64,000 bases of DNA from Bacteroidota bacterium (GTDB lineage: Bacteria; Bacteroidota; Ignavibacteria; UBA10030; UBA8401): positions 244 to 64,243 of the forward strand of contig JBFMFY010000001.1 in assembly GCA_040751955.1 (NCBI GenBank), written 5' to 3'. How positions within the stretch are numbered: position 1 is the stretch's first letter; every line of letters begins with the position of its first letter. The notes beneath the pieces are model-generated. The model saw nothing but the letters and a program-made list of their open reading frames with translations. It was not told the origin of the DNA and ran no database searches. Made by a program: the position numbers and the translations under genes. This document shows, piece by piece, positions 46,253 to 56,900 of the stretch.

Positions 46253-47394
46253 TGCTCAAAGCCGAACACCTCAGAAAGCAATTCACAACAGTACTCGCTG
46301 TTGACGACGTTTCGTTGGAAGTACGCAGGGGAGATATTTTCGGTCTCATCGGACCGAACGGCGCCGGAAAAAGTACAACCATCAGAATGCTCCTGAATAT
46401 CATCAAGCCTGACGCAGGAACCATTTTGTATGACGGGAAACCGTTCGATGTTTCAATTCAAAATTCGATCGGTTACTTGCCGGAAGAGCGGGGCTTATAT
46501 AAGAAGAACGGATTGCTCGATACGATTATCTATTTTGCTTCACTTCGCGGGATTGATTCAGTAACAGCAAAAAAGAAAGGTATGGAATGGCTCGAGCGTT
46601 TCAATCTTCAATCGTACGCAAAAAGAAAAGTCGAAGAGCTCTCGAAAGGAAATCAGCAAAAAGCGCAATTCATCACCGCCATTCTTCACAACCCCGAACT
46701 GGTTATTCTTGACGAACCTTTTTCCGGACTTGATCCTGTGAACCAGATCGTAATGAAAGATATTTTCAACGAGCTGAAGCAGCAGGGGAAAGCGGTCATT
46801 TTTTCAACCCATCAAATGGAATCTGCTGAACGATTGTGTGACGAGATCTGCCTGATCAACAGGGGGAATATTGTGCTGGAAGGAACTGTGAAGCAGGTAA
46901 AACAGAAATTCGGTACAAACGCAGTGCGGTTGGAATACGATGGGGATGGTTCATTCCTGAAAAAACTTCCTTTTGTTTCAAAATCTACTGTCTATGAAAA
47001 TTACGCCGAATTGATGTTGACTGACGGTGTATCGACTCAGGAAATTCTCAAGGCGGTATCTTCAAAAATAGATCTGAGAAAATTTGAATTTGTAGAGCCC
47101 TCCCTCAACTCAATCTTTCTCGATGTCGTCGGCACATCCGTTGAACAAATTGAACGTGATCGGGCAGAAGAAAAAAAACCGACGATTCCCGCAGCACTTA
47201 CAAATCCGGAAGTTAAAAAGCAGAGAACCTCTCTGCTGCTGGGTATCGGGATGACCGTTGTTGGTTTGATCCTTTCGTTGACGGGGAAAGATATGTGGGT
47301 GCTTGTCGGCGCCGGTGCTGTAGCATCGGTCATTTCATATGTGAAACTGCAAAAAATTCAGCAGCGGCTGCGGAAGGAGGCATCGAATGAATAA
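46252..47394 (+). CDS. ABC transporter ATP-binding protein (ABC-2/NatA-like, DUF4162-like domain) with a C-terminal two-TM extension
   Basis: Walker A GPNGAGKST, signature LSKGNQQK, Walker B LVILDEP. The tail LLLGIGMTVVGLILSLTGKDMWVLVGAGAVASVISYV is hydrophobic. Confidence 0.88.
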   Translation: MLKAEHLRKQFTTVLAVDDVSLEVRRGDIFGLIGPNGAGKSTTIRMLLNIIKPDAGTILYDGKPFDVSIQNSIGYLPEERGLYKKNGLLDTIIYFASLRGIDSVTAKKKGMEWLERFNLQSYAKRKVEELSKGNQQKAQFITAILHNPELVILDEPFSGLDPVNQIVMKDIFNELKQQGKAVIFSTHQMESAERLCDEICLINRGNIVLEGTVKQVKQKFGTNAVRLEYDGDGSFLKKLPFVSKSTVYENYAELMLTDGVSTQEILKAVSSKIDLRKFEFVEPSLNSIFLDVVGTSVEQIERDRAEEKKPTIPAALTNPEVKKQRTSLLLGIGMTVVGLILSLTGKDMWVLVGAGAVASVISYVKLQKIQQRLRKEASNE

Positions 47395-48634
47395 AATGCT
47401 TGCCGTTGCAAAATGGGAATTTATTGAGAAGGTAAAAACAAAAGCGTTCATCATCGGATTGTTCATGACACCGCTGATCATGTCGGTGTTTATGGTGCTG
47501 CCGGGATTACTTTCGAAGAGTGAGAAAGAGACGACAAAAAAAATCGGCGTAATTGATGAAACAAGAGTGCTCGCAAGTTTGATCAATACCAAACTGCATG
47601 AGAAATATAAACTGTCGTCCGGCATTCCAACGTACGAATTGTACGAGATCACCGACGAGAATCGGGAAACAGATCATCTGAAAGTCATTGCGACAGCCCA
47701 ATTGATTTCAGGACAGATCGAAGGATATTTCGTCATTCCCATGAGCGTAATGGACAGCGGAAAAGTAGAATACCGTGCGGAGAATGTCGGCAATGTGCGC
47801 GATCAGAACCGTTTTTCGAATATCCTCAAAGATATCATCATCGAACAGCGCGCGAAGAAAGCGGGATACGATCCCTCAGTCATTAAAAAATTGATCACGG
47901 AAGTCGATATCAAAACGATCAAAGTGTCGCAAAAAGGGGATGAGAGCGAATCAGGATTCATGGAGACATTTTTCAGCGGATATATTTTCATTATGATGCT
48001 GATGTTTCTTGTAATGTCCTCGGGACAAATGTTGATACGAAGCGTTGTTGAAGAGAAGTCGAACAGAATCATTGAAGTGCTGGTTTCTTCCTGTTCCTCA
48101 AAGGAATTAATGTCCGGAAAAATAATCGGTCTCACGCTTCTTGGTTTGACAACAATTGCTTTTTGGGCTTTCATTCTTATCGGAGTGAATTTTGCATCCG
48201 AAAAGCCGTTTGTCACGGTTGACAACGTCATGCTGCTGTTGATCTATTTTATTCTCGGGTATTTCATGTATGTTGCCATTTTCATTACTGCCGGATCGAC
48301 TGTTTCAACGGAGCAGGAAGCGCAGCAGATGACAGGATATATTACTATCCTGCTTGTTCTGCCGATAGCGCTTGCAGTTCCGGTAATGATGAATCCTGAT
48401 TCGACATTGGTCAAAGTGTTATCGCAGATACCATTATTGACGCCGACGATGATGGCGCTTCGTTTTTCTGTGCGAGTGCCGGATATGTGGGAGATCATAC
48501 TTTCACTGGTAACACTTTCGGGAACGATAGCCGGTTTGATGTGGGTAGCAGCAAAAGTATTCAGAATCGGAATATTGATCACAGGCAAGCGCCCGAATAT
48601 TAAAGAAATAGTCGGCTGGTTACGAAACGAATAA
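47387..48634 (+). CDS. ABC-2 type transporter permease (NatB-like, large extracytoplasmic loop after TM1)
   Basis: 415 aa. TM1, then a ~150-aa loop, then five C-terminal TM segments. 8-nt overlap with the ATPase gene. Confidence 0.8.
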   Translation: MNKMLAVAKWEFIEKVKTKAFIIGLFMTPLIMSVFMVLPGLLSKSEKETTKKIGVIDETRVLASLINTKLHEKYKLSSGIPTYELYEITDENRETDHLKVIATAQLISGQIEGYFVIPMSVMDSGKVEYRAENVGNVRDQNRFSNILKDIIIEQRAKKAGYDPSVIKKLITEVDIKTIKVSQKGDESESGFMETFFSGYIFIMMLMFLVMSSGQMLIRSVVEEKSNRIIEVLVSSCSSKELMSGKIIGLTLLGLTTIAFWAFILIGVNFASEKPFVTVDNVMLLLIYFILGYFMYVAIFITAGSTVSTEQEAQQMTGYITILLVLPIALAVPVMMNPDSTLVKVLSQIPLLTPTMMALRFSVRVPDMWEIILSLVTLSGTIAGLMWVAAKVFRIGILITGKRPNIKEIVGWLRNE

Positions 48635-48644
48635 TGAGGAAATC

Positions 48645-49142
48645 ATGAATCGCTTTTTTCTTTTCGGCACGGTAGTTTTGCTCGCAACGTTCACATATTC
48701 ATATTCACAGGTTGCCGTTTCCAGCGTGAAAGGAGATGCGTTTGGCACCGGCGTCCATGGATTAGGATTTTCCGGCGGACCTGCAAGCGGGGCAGGAATA
48801 AGCTACCGGTACCACACGGAAGGAAAGTCCTCACTTCAGGGGATCGTCGGCGTGTTCAAACCGAAATCGACCGATACGTTTTATTCATTCGGCGCGGAGT
48901 TTCAGCAGGACCTGACGCGGAGCAACTCGGCGAGATTCTTTTTTGCGGTTGCCAGCAGTTATGTTTTTAACGGAACCGGCACGAATAATTATTCTGCCCC
49001 ATTCCGTGCAGGTCTTGGAGTCGGAGGAGAATTTTTACTGCAGGATGCTGTACATTTTTCATTTCAGGGTCTTTTCACATATTTTTCGGACGGTACGATC
49101 CTTCCGCTTCCTCAACTGGCTGTGCATTACTATTTTTACTAA
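48645..49142 (+). CDS. Small outer-membrane beta-barrel-like protein
   Basis: 165 aa with a signal peptide, alternating Gly/aromatic beta-strand pattern and a C-terminal aromatic (..LAVHYYFY). Confidence 0.5.
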   Translation: MNRFFLFGTVVLLATFTYSYSQVAVSSVKGDAFGTGVHGLGFSGGPASGAGISYRYHTEGKSSLQGIVGVFKPKSTDTFYSFGAEFQQDLTRSNSARFFFAVASSYVFNGTGTNNYSAPFRAGLGVGGEFLLQDAVHFSFQGLFTYFSDGTILPLPQLAVHYYFY

Positions 49143-49205
49143 TTGCCGAAAAGAAGTGCGGCATGCAGCAAAACGGTATATTTAGTTACCGACGGATTTA
49201 AAAAT

Positions 49206-49240
49206 ACAAAACCCGCTCCCAAAAAAGGAACGGGTTTTGT
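49206..49240. terminator. Bidirectional terminator between convergent genes
   Basis: ACAAAACCCG (49206-49215) / CGGGTTTTGT (49231-49240). Confidence 0.7.
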
Positions 49241-49262
49241 AGCTAAACAATGAAACCGATAA

Positions 49263-50954
49263 TTACTTCACCAACATCATCTTCTTTGTTTCGGTAAAGT
49301 TTCCTGCTTTCAATGTATAGAAGTATGTCCCTGCAGCTAATCCGGCTGCATCGAATGTTACTTCATGAGTTCCGGCTTCAATCATTCCTTCGTACAGAGT
49401 TCCGACCTGTTGTCCCAATGTGTTTGAAATGAACAGGTGGATATTAGATGCTTTTGTTACAGAGAACCGAATCTTGCTCGTAGGATTGAATGGGTTTGGA
49501 TAATTTTGATCCAGTTTAAATACCGCCGGAGCAGTAGTGGAGAGAGTCTTTACACTTTGTACGACGACCTTACTCTCAAGAATGATCAGTGAGACATCTT
49601 CCGGATGATCAATTCGTGTATTTGTGTTCACTATAATTAGTTCACGCCTTCCGTCTCCATCGAGATCGTTTCCAAAAGTGACATTTGGCAGTGCGTACGA
49701 AGAATCACTTGGCGCATGATATATCGTATCGAGTTTATAGCCTGTTGAATCATCATATGGCATTCCGGTTAAGTGCCGCAAACGATAAACCTTGCGGTCT
49801 GAACCCCAATCGCCGATAAAGAAATCGACCTCGCCGTTCCCGTCAATATCGCCAATGTCTGCACCCTGAAAATTCAAGTTAAGCGGAGAGGTAAGCCACT
49901 TTGTGTTTGCCGCAGTCAACGTGGAAACATCGTTCGTATTACCGACGTAAAACACGGCGCTCGGTGTGCTGACCTGACCTGCAATAAACATCTCTAACTT
50001 GCCATCCTTGTTCGCATCGTAGAAAGCAACGCTGTTTTGTTCGCCGTAGTCATCTGGATTTGTTATTTGATTAATATCTGCCTGTAAAGAATACGTGTTT
50101 GCACCGGTTGCTTCATACACTGCATACGTCAACATGTCCCAGGTAAATCCCCAGATTTCTTTTTTGCCGTCACCGTCAAAATCTACAACGTGATTGTTGA
50201 AGTAGTATCCCCCATTGAATGTGCCGATCGTATCGGCAAACTCAAGTTCAAACGAGCTAAACCCGGGGCTGACATCGCCGAGTAATCGATAAATGAACAG
50301 CGGACGCGTGGATGCAGAGAGGGAACCATTCCCGTACGATCTGCGTGCGCTTGTAATCAATTCAACCTCACCGTCACCATCCACATCATCAGCAACAATG
50401 CTGGTAATTGCATGGTAATAAAAATCTCGGAATCCGAGATTGGATATCATCGTCGGCTCGCTCAGGAAATTGCTCGAATCGGTGTCGTACTCATAAATAA
50501 AAACCCTTCCGGGATTCGGATTCCCGGTCGAGCGTGCATCGGATGGGAGTCCAAAAATAATTTCCTGCTTAGTATCTTTGTCAAGATCTCCGACAGTCAA
50601 GCAGGGCCACGATCCTTCTACGGTGTTCTGCGGCGGAAGCTGTGCGCTCCAAACGAGAGCATACGTATTATTGCCGGTTGCTTCAAACCGAAGGATTCGT
50701 GCCATGGTTGTATCGGAAGATGTTGTTGCCGGATCAACAATAACCAAGAATTCTTTTTTTCCATCGTTATCCAGATCATAGTTCGCATACACTCGCCATG
50801 CAGCAACATCATCCGGCCATTGTGCATAATCGCTCGGTTTAAATTGTGCCGACAAGGAAAAGTTTGCAGTGTCAATGTATGCCTGTGCAAATCCGACGTG
50901 AGATACGCACAGTGTCACTGCCAATACAAAGATCGCAGTACAAAATTTTTTCAT
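49263..50954 (-). CDS. Secreted FG-GAP/VCBS-repeat (integrin-alpha-like propeller) protein with a T9SS CTD
   Basis: Repeated Ca-binding loops DLDNDGKKE, DVDGDGEVE, DFDGDGKKE, DANKDGKLE, DIDGNGEVD, DLDGDGRRE. CTD FKLDQNYPNPFNPTSKIRF...KKMMLVK. Confidence 0.8.
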   Translation of the reverse strand: MKKFCTAIFVLAVTLCVSHVGFAQAYIDTANFSLSAQFKPSDYAQWPDDVAAWRVYANYDLDNDGKKEFLVIVDPATTSSDTTMARILRFEATGNNTYALVWSAQLPPQNTVEGSWPCLTVGDLDKDTKQEIIFGLPSDARSTGNPNPGRVFIYEYDTDSSNFLSEPTMISNLGFRDFYYHAITSIVADDVDGDGEVELITSARRSYGNGSLSASTRPLFIYRLLGDVSPGFSSFELEFADTIGTFNGGYYFNNHVVDFDGDGKKEIWGFTWDMLTYAVYEATGANTYSLQADINQITNPDDYGEQNSVAFYDANKDGKLEMFIAGQVSTPSAVFYVGNTNDVSTLTAANTKWLTSPLNLNFQGADIGDIDGNGEVDFFIGDWGSDRKVYRLRHLTGMPYDDSTGYKLDTIYHAPSDSSYALPNVTFGNDLDGDGRRELIIVNTNTRIDHPEDVSLIILESKVVVQSVKTLSTTAPAVFKLDQNYPNPFNPTSKIRFSVTKASNIHLFISNTLGQQVGTLYEGMIEAGTHEVTFDAAGLAAGTYFYTLKAGNFTETKKMMLVK

Positions 50955-51119
50955 GTAGAAATCCTCCTGTTAAATTAAGAGTGAATGGTAGGTTTGGAGT
51001 TTTACAGCAGCACTACACTTGAATAACCAAAAATAAGATTTCATAATCAAGAGTTAGTGCAGTAGATTTTACAAAAGTATATAGAGAACGTAATAATCGT
51101 TTAATTTCTAAGGAATTGC

Positions 51120-51148
51120 TTGACATAATTCCGATGTGTAGTTATATT
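51120..51148 (+). promoter_or_regulatory. Near-consensus sigma70-type promoter for receptor module 1
   Basis: TTGACA (51120-51125), 17-nt spacer, TATATT (51143-51148). It lies inside the track's 5' ORF extension, which supports the downstream ATG at 51236. Confidence 0.55.
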
Positions 51149-51235
51149 CTTTGGGCAAGCGAACACAAATCACTATTACTTCTAATAGCCGGTACCATAA
51201 TTCTCCCAACGTTGTTCATTCTTATCAGGTATGCC

Positions 51236-53899
51236 ATGAACGCTGCAATACTGCGATTTTTTGTGTTATCTAGTTTCATTACACTTTCCTTCACATATGC
51301 CGGTACGACGGGAAAAATTTCGGGAACGATTACCGATGAAAAAACCGGTGAAGCAATCGTCGGCGCCACTGTACTTATCAACGGCACAACTATTGGCGCT
51401 GCAACCGATGTCGAAGGTAACTTCGTCATTTCGAATCTTTCCCCGAATGTATATTCCGTCTCCATTTCAGCAATTGGGTACAGGAAACAATTGATTCAAA
51501 ATGTTCAGGTGAATGTCGATCTCACAACGCGGCTGGATGTCAGGATGTCGTCAGAAGCTGTGGACCTTGAGGCAGTCGTGGTAACAGCAGAGAAACCGCT
51601 GGTACGGCGTGATCTCACATCGTCGCAGACAAATGTTGATGCAAGCCAGATCAGGGCTCTTCCGGTGGAAAGTATCACCGGCATTTTAACGACGCAAGCG
51701 GGTGTCATTCAGGATGCGGGCGGCGCTCTGCATTTCCGCGGCGGAAGATCGGATGAAGTTGCATACACCGTCAACGGATTGTCGGTGAACAATCCGTTCA
51801 CTAATACGAACAGCTTCAGTATTGCCACCAACGCCATTCAGGAACTCTCCGTTATGCAGGGAACATTCAACGCGGAATACGGCAACGCGTTGAGCGGCGT
51901 TGTCGAAGCGGGATTGAAGGAGGGGGGAGAATCGTACACAGGTCAACTGACATTTTACGCCGGAAGCAGAGTGAGCACTCATAACAATATTTTCCTTAAT
52001 ATCGATAAAATAAATTTCAACGATCTTATTTATGAAGCTACATTTGGCGGACCAGTTCCTTTGACGGATAATGCGCTGACATTCTTCATCTCATCCAGAT
52101 ACAATGACGACGGCGGATACCTGTACGGCAAACGGGAACACATGCCGTTTGACAGTTCGTTTTTCTATGCCGATAAGCCGTGGGTGATCACTCGTTCCGG
52201 CGACGGACAATATGTTGCGATGAATAATTCAAAGTCGCTTACGGCAACCAACAGGTTCAGTTACCGCTTGACACCGACTACAAAAATCGGATATGATTTC
52301 GTCTTCAACGAATCGAAGTACAGGAATTATAACCACAGTTTCCGGTACAATCCGGACGGCATCTACAATAATTTTGAAAACGATGTACTCCATGCGCTTG
52401 AATTTTCTGACGTCCTATCCAGCACCACATCGTTCAAAGTGAAAGCGTCATACGCACGCAACAGATACGAACAGTACCGATATAAAGACCTCAGACAGGA
52501 CCACTACGCTCCCGAAGAGTTCCTCCGTGTTCCATCAGCGGCAAGTTTTTACTACGGCGGTTCGCAGAACGGAATATTTGAACGCGTTGCAGAGACATAT
52601 TCCTTGAAATTTGACGGTGCCAGTCAGATATCTTCCAAGCAGGAAGTTAAAATCGGTGCCGAAGCGAAATTCCCTCAGATGAAACAATTGAGCTACACAG
52701 TGCTTCGGGATACGGTAAATTTTCTTTCACCGACATTGCCGAACACAGCAGATTCACGGTACAACAGCTATGCCCGGTTTCCAAAGCAAATTTCGGCGTA
52801 CGGACAGACAAAGATGGAATTTGAAAGTATCATCATGAACCTCGGATTGCGGTACGATTATTTTGATGCCAACAGTATTACTCCGGTGAATATCAATTAC
52901 CCGAAAGGACCGAAGAAGTCATCAACCGTTAAGCAGACTGTTAGTCCTCGTATCGGCGTTTCATATCCCATCACTGAACGGGGGATTATCCATTTTTCGT
53001 ACGGACATTTTTTCCAGATGCCGCAGCTGAGAAGGTTGTATGAAAATCCCGATTTCAAATTCAATCCGGGGTCAACCGGTTCTACATTCGGCAACCCGAA
53101 CCTCGAGCCCCAAAAAACCGTAACGTATGAATTCGGACTTCAACAGCAACTGACGGAAGATCTTGCATTCAACGTTACCGGTTTCTACAAAGATATCCGG
53201 GACCTTTTCGCGACACAGACTATCCGCGTCAGCGGCGACACAACCATTAATGTCTATGTAAACAAGGATTATGGAAATGTTAAGGGATTGACATTCTCTT
53301 TGACTAAACGAAGAAATGCTTCCGACATCGTTGCATTTACGGTTGATTATACATTTCAGACGGCAGAAGGAAATGATGTGAGTGCCGATGCATTTTTTCT
53401 TGACACACAATCAGGTAGAGAGAGTGAAAAGACCGTTGTGCTGCTGGACTGGGACCAGCCTCATACTTTAAATGCGACACTGTCTGTCGGCAAATCAAAT
53501 GACTGGAATGTAAGCCTTATCGGTAAAGCAGGAACAGGGCAGCCGTACACGCCGTTTGTCGGGGAGAATCAAGTCGTATTGAAGCGGAACACGGGACGAA
53601 AGCCATTCACAACCACTGTTGATCTGCTTGCACAGCAAGAGTTCTCCTATTCATCACTGGCGATCACCGTGTTTCTAAAAGTCTTCAACCTCTTCGATGC
53701 GTTAAATGAACTTGTTGTGTATGACGATACCGGCAGATCTACCTACACGCTCGCGCCGAACCGCGGAGAAGGAAAATCAACTCAGCAGCAGTTTGAATCC
53801 GGAACAGACGGCGTTCGGAGTATCTATGAATATTTTTCCAACCCCGGTCTCTACTCATCGCCCCGCTCTGTGATGATAGGACTCAGCGTTGGTTTCTAA
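51236..53899 (+). CDS. TonB-dependent-receptor-like outer membrane protein (CarboxypepD_reg-like N-domain, plug, barrel), module 1
   Basis: AGTTGKISGTITDEKTGEAIVGATV..., AVVVTAEKP, LHFRGGRSDEVAYTVNGLSVNNPF, NLEPQKTVTYEFG, C-terminal ..IGLSVGF. Confidence 0.88.
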   Translation: MNAAILRFFVLSSFITLSFTYAGTTGKISGTITDEKTGEAIVGATVLINGTTIGAATDVEGNFVISNLSPNVYSVSISAIGYRKQLIQNVQVNVDLTTRLDVRMSSEAVDLEAVVVTAEKPLVRRDLTSSQTNVDASQIRALPVESITGILTTQAGVIQDAGGALHFRGGRSDEVAYTVNGLSVNNPFTNTNSFSIATNAIQELSVMQGTFNAEYGNALSGVVEAGLKEGGESYTGQLTFYAGSRVSTHNNIFLNIDKINFNDLIYEATFGGPVPLTDNALTFFISSRYNDDGGYLYGKREHMPFDSSFFYADKPWVITRSGDGQYVAMNNSKSLTATNRFSYRLTPTTKIGYDFVFNESKYRNYNHSFRYNPDGIYNNFENDVLHALEFSDVLSSTTSFKVKASYARNRYEQYRYKDLRQDHYAPEEFLRVPSAASFYYGGSQNGIFERVAETYSLKFDGASQISSKQEVKIGAEAKFPQMKQLSYTVLRDTVNFLSPTLPNTADSRYNSYARFPKQISAYGQTKMEFESIIMNLGLRYDYFDANSITPVNINYPKGPKKSSTVKQTVSPRIGVSYPITERGIIHFSYGHFFQMPQLRRLYENPDFKFNPGSTGSTFGNPNLEPQKTVTYEFGLQQQLTEDLAFNVTGFYKDIRDLFATQTIRVSGDTTINVYVNKDYGNVKGLTFSLTKRRNASDIVAFTVDYTFQTAEGNDVSADAFFLDTQSGRESEKTVVLLDWDQPHTLNATLSVGKSNDWNVSLIGKAGTGQPYTPFVGENQVVLKRNTGRKPFTTTVDLLAQQEFSYSSLAITVFLKVFNLFDALNELVVYDDTGRSTYTLAPNRGEGKSTQQQFESGTDGVRSIYEYFSNPGLYSSPRSVMIGLSVGF

Positions 53900-53930
53900 A
53901 ATAACGGAACAATCAATGTCTATCAATTCT

Positions 53931-56900
53931 ATGAAAAAGATCTGTACGCTTATCGTTCTCGGCTCATCGTTGGCGGTATCGCAATGGTCACAAGAACAAC
54001 GCAATGAACAAGAGCAGATCGCTCGCGCAATCCAGCAAGCAAGTCTCACCCAGCCCCGTTCAACGTCGCGCCTCGAAAACCGTGCAAAAGATTTCGGCTC
54101 TGTTCCGATGTGGAAATCCGCATCGCAAGCGGACAGGAAATATTTTTTGATGAACGGGAATCAGATCGTCGGAAATATTTACAATTACGGCGGCATCGCT
54201 CCCGGCGACGGATTGACACGACACGTCAATAACATGGTCTGGAGAGGTTTGGGAGACATCTATCAATTTGGTCCGTTGGTTGCGGCAGAAGTGATCGACA
54301 CATCGGGGAAGAAAGTTCAAATATCATCCGATGGCATCAATGATAGTTACGCTCGCGATTTCAATCCGGCAAACAATACAATTCTATATTCCTGGCAACC
54401 TCTCCCGGAGTATGCCGATCCTGCGTCGCCGGTGATGGCATCAAGCGGAGCCGGAGATATCAGTCCGCAGGACGGCAAACCGGACAGCTGGCCCCGTCAA
54501 TGGTACAACCCTTCAAAAGGTGAATATGTATGGCCCGGATATTTGCGGCAGGATGTACCGAATGCAGACCTTGAAGTGTTGTGGGGGATGGATGACAGAG
54601 AAAACGATGAGTTCGCATATTTTCCGTTCGGATATGATACGATCGATGCAACGATCAACAAACCGATCAGAGGGCTTGGTGTAAAAATTGAAGGACGTGC
54701 ACTGCAATGGAGCAATGCACTGGCGCAGAACACGATATTCTTTGTCTATACGGCACAGAATTTCAGCACGCGCGATTTATCCGACGTTCACTTTGGAATG
54801 TACGGAGACATTGATGTTGGTGGAGGTTCACCGGAGAATCAGGATGACCTTGGTTTTTTCATCTCACCTCTAGATACGGTAATACGAGGAACTACGATAC
54901 CGATTCCGCTCTACTCCCGCAACCTTGTCTATCTGTGGGACAATCCGCCGGGTATTGGTGAATTGGGTTTAAAAACCCATTACACCGGCTGTAAATTTTT
55001 GGAGAGTCCGGGAAATCCGAACGATGCAAAGGACAACGACGGCGATGGGTTGATCAATGAAAGCCAAACCAATTTGATTGATGACGATGGTGACTGGCGT
55101 GTTGCATCCGATGACGTCGGTATCGACGGCGTACCGGAAACAAATGACTTAGGAGAAAAAGACGGGATGCCGACCCACGGTGTAAAACTTGCAGACGGTA
55201 CGGTTGATCCACTTCGCCCGGGCGAACCAAACTACGAATTGACAGACCTTGATGAGTCCGATCAGATCGGGTTGACTTCATTTAGAAGCTGGCGGTGGAC
55301 AGAGCGACGGTTACGGGACGATGACCAAACATGGAACATCCTTGATTCGGGTTTTGTGGATAATTCCATTCCCAATTACAGCGATGTGATATTCCTCTAC
55401 GGTTCGGGACGGATACGGTTGAATAAAAGCGGTACGGATGGATCGATCAAAAGATTTTCAATTGCACTCTTAATGGGCGCCGATCTGAACGATCTGTTGA
55501 CATCTGCACAGACAGTGCAACTGATCTATAATCAGAATTATCAGTTTTATCGTCCGCCAGATAAACCGACTGTTTATGCAGTACCGGGGGACAGAAGAGT
55601 GACGCTCTACTGGGATGACATAGCTGAAAGCAGCGTTGATCCCGTGGCGGGAAAAGATTTCGAAGGGTACGTCATTTACCGCAGTACTGATCCGCAATTC
55701 TCAGACATCAATACCGTCACAGATGGGAAGGGAACTCCGACCCTTTATGAAGCACTCAAGAACGGAGTCGGCACTGAAGCACGATTTGATATTGCATTTC
55801 GCAACGAACCGTTCACCGATATTAATGCCAATGGTAAATTTGAATCGGGCGAGCCATACAACGATGTGAATTTGAACGGACGATGGGATGCGAGCATTGA
55901 AGATTATTGGAAAGGATATTCACCCGTTCCATATGGAAACAGGGGTGTCCAATATTATTTAGGTGACAATACCGGGCTGGTGCACATGTACGTCGATTCC
56001 AATAATGTCATCAACGGGCAGACATACTATTATGCCGTTGTTGCATATGATCATGGTGACTCGACGAAAGTTCCACCGACAGAGACTACAAAGCGGATCA
56101 ATATTGATCCGATCACATCGCAGTTGGTATTCGATGTCAATACGGTGCGTGTAGTACCTGGACCACGTGCAAGCGGATACATTCCGCCGAAGTTCACTTC
56201 TGTGAATGGCGTCGATCATACTGTCGGAACAGGTACAGGAAAAGTAACAGCAGTATTTATCGACGATCTTGCAGTGAAGGATAACATCAGCTATACTGTT
56301 ATGTTTAGTGATACGTTACGAACTGGAAATCAAAAGACAGCTACTCTCAATTACTCGGTGCTTAAAGTGACTCCTACCGAATCTGAAGTAACGCTGCTTG
56401 ACACGAACAATGTCAAAATCGGTAATGCGCATATTCTAAAAGATGATATATTCAGAGTGACGCACGCCGCTACCGGGCAATCGTATATCGACAATGTCGA
56501 TTTTGTCATAGATACAGCACTCGGGTACATCAGAAAAACAATTAATGGTGCAATGGCAGGCAGCAAAGGACCATACAAGATACGGTATCGTTATCTCGCA
56601 CAGCCGCCAAGCACATTGTTAAACAATGAGGAGGCGAATCCAGTATTCGATGGAATAAAAATTTTTACTGAAAATAAGTTGCTTGCGGTAAGCTTAACGA
56701 AGAGCAATTGGCTTATTCATAATAAAAAATTAAACTTTAGAATATTTCCTCCAAGTATTGGCACGTTAAAGCTTGCACCAATTGATTTTCAGATCCAATT
56801 GAAAAGTTCTGACACTTTGGCGAACGGGATGTACGCACAGCCAGGGGACACAGCCTATAATATTTTCTTACAGAAAGTTGTTCAGACTCCGTTCATATTC

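Noticed and set aside
50412-50978. 188-aa plus-strand ORF
   Set aside because: It is antisense to the FG-GAP/T9SS protein gene and has a Cys/Arg-rich composition typical of out-of-frame translation.
51116-51235. N-terminal ORF-track extensions starting at TTG, GTG or an upstream ATG (also 53889, 57502, 34208, 45584, 22016, 27824, 8972, 8059, 5387)
   Set aside because: The extensions run through promoter or repeat sequence or through the upstream gene's 3' end. Internal ATGs give proper signal peptides and, in several cases, a Shine-Dalgarno sequence, so the downstream starts are preferred.
50955-51235. Cobalamin or other riboswitch ahead of the TonB-type receptor
   Set aside because: There is no B12-box-like GCCACTG or other recognisable conserved riboswitch core in the 280-nt spacer. 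Only a promoter-like element was found.
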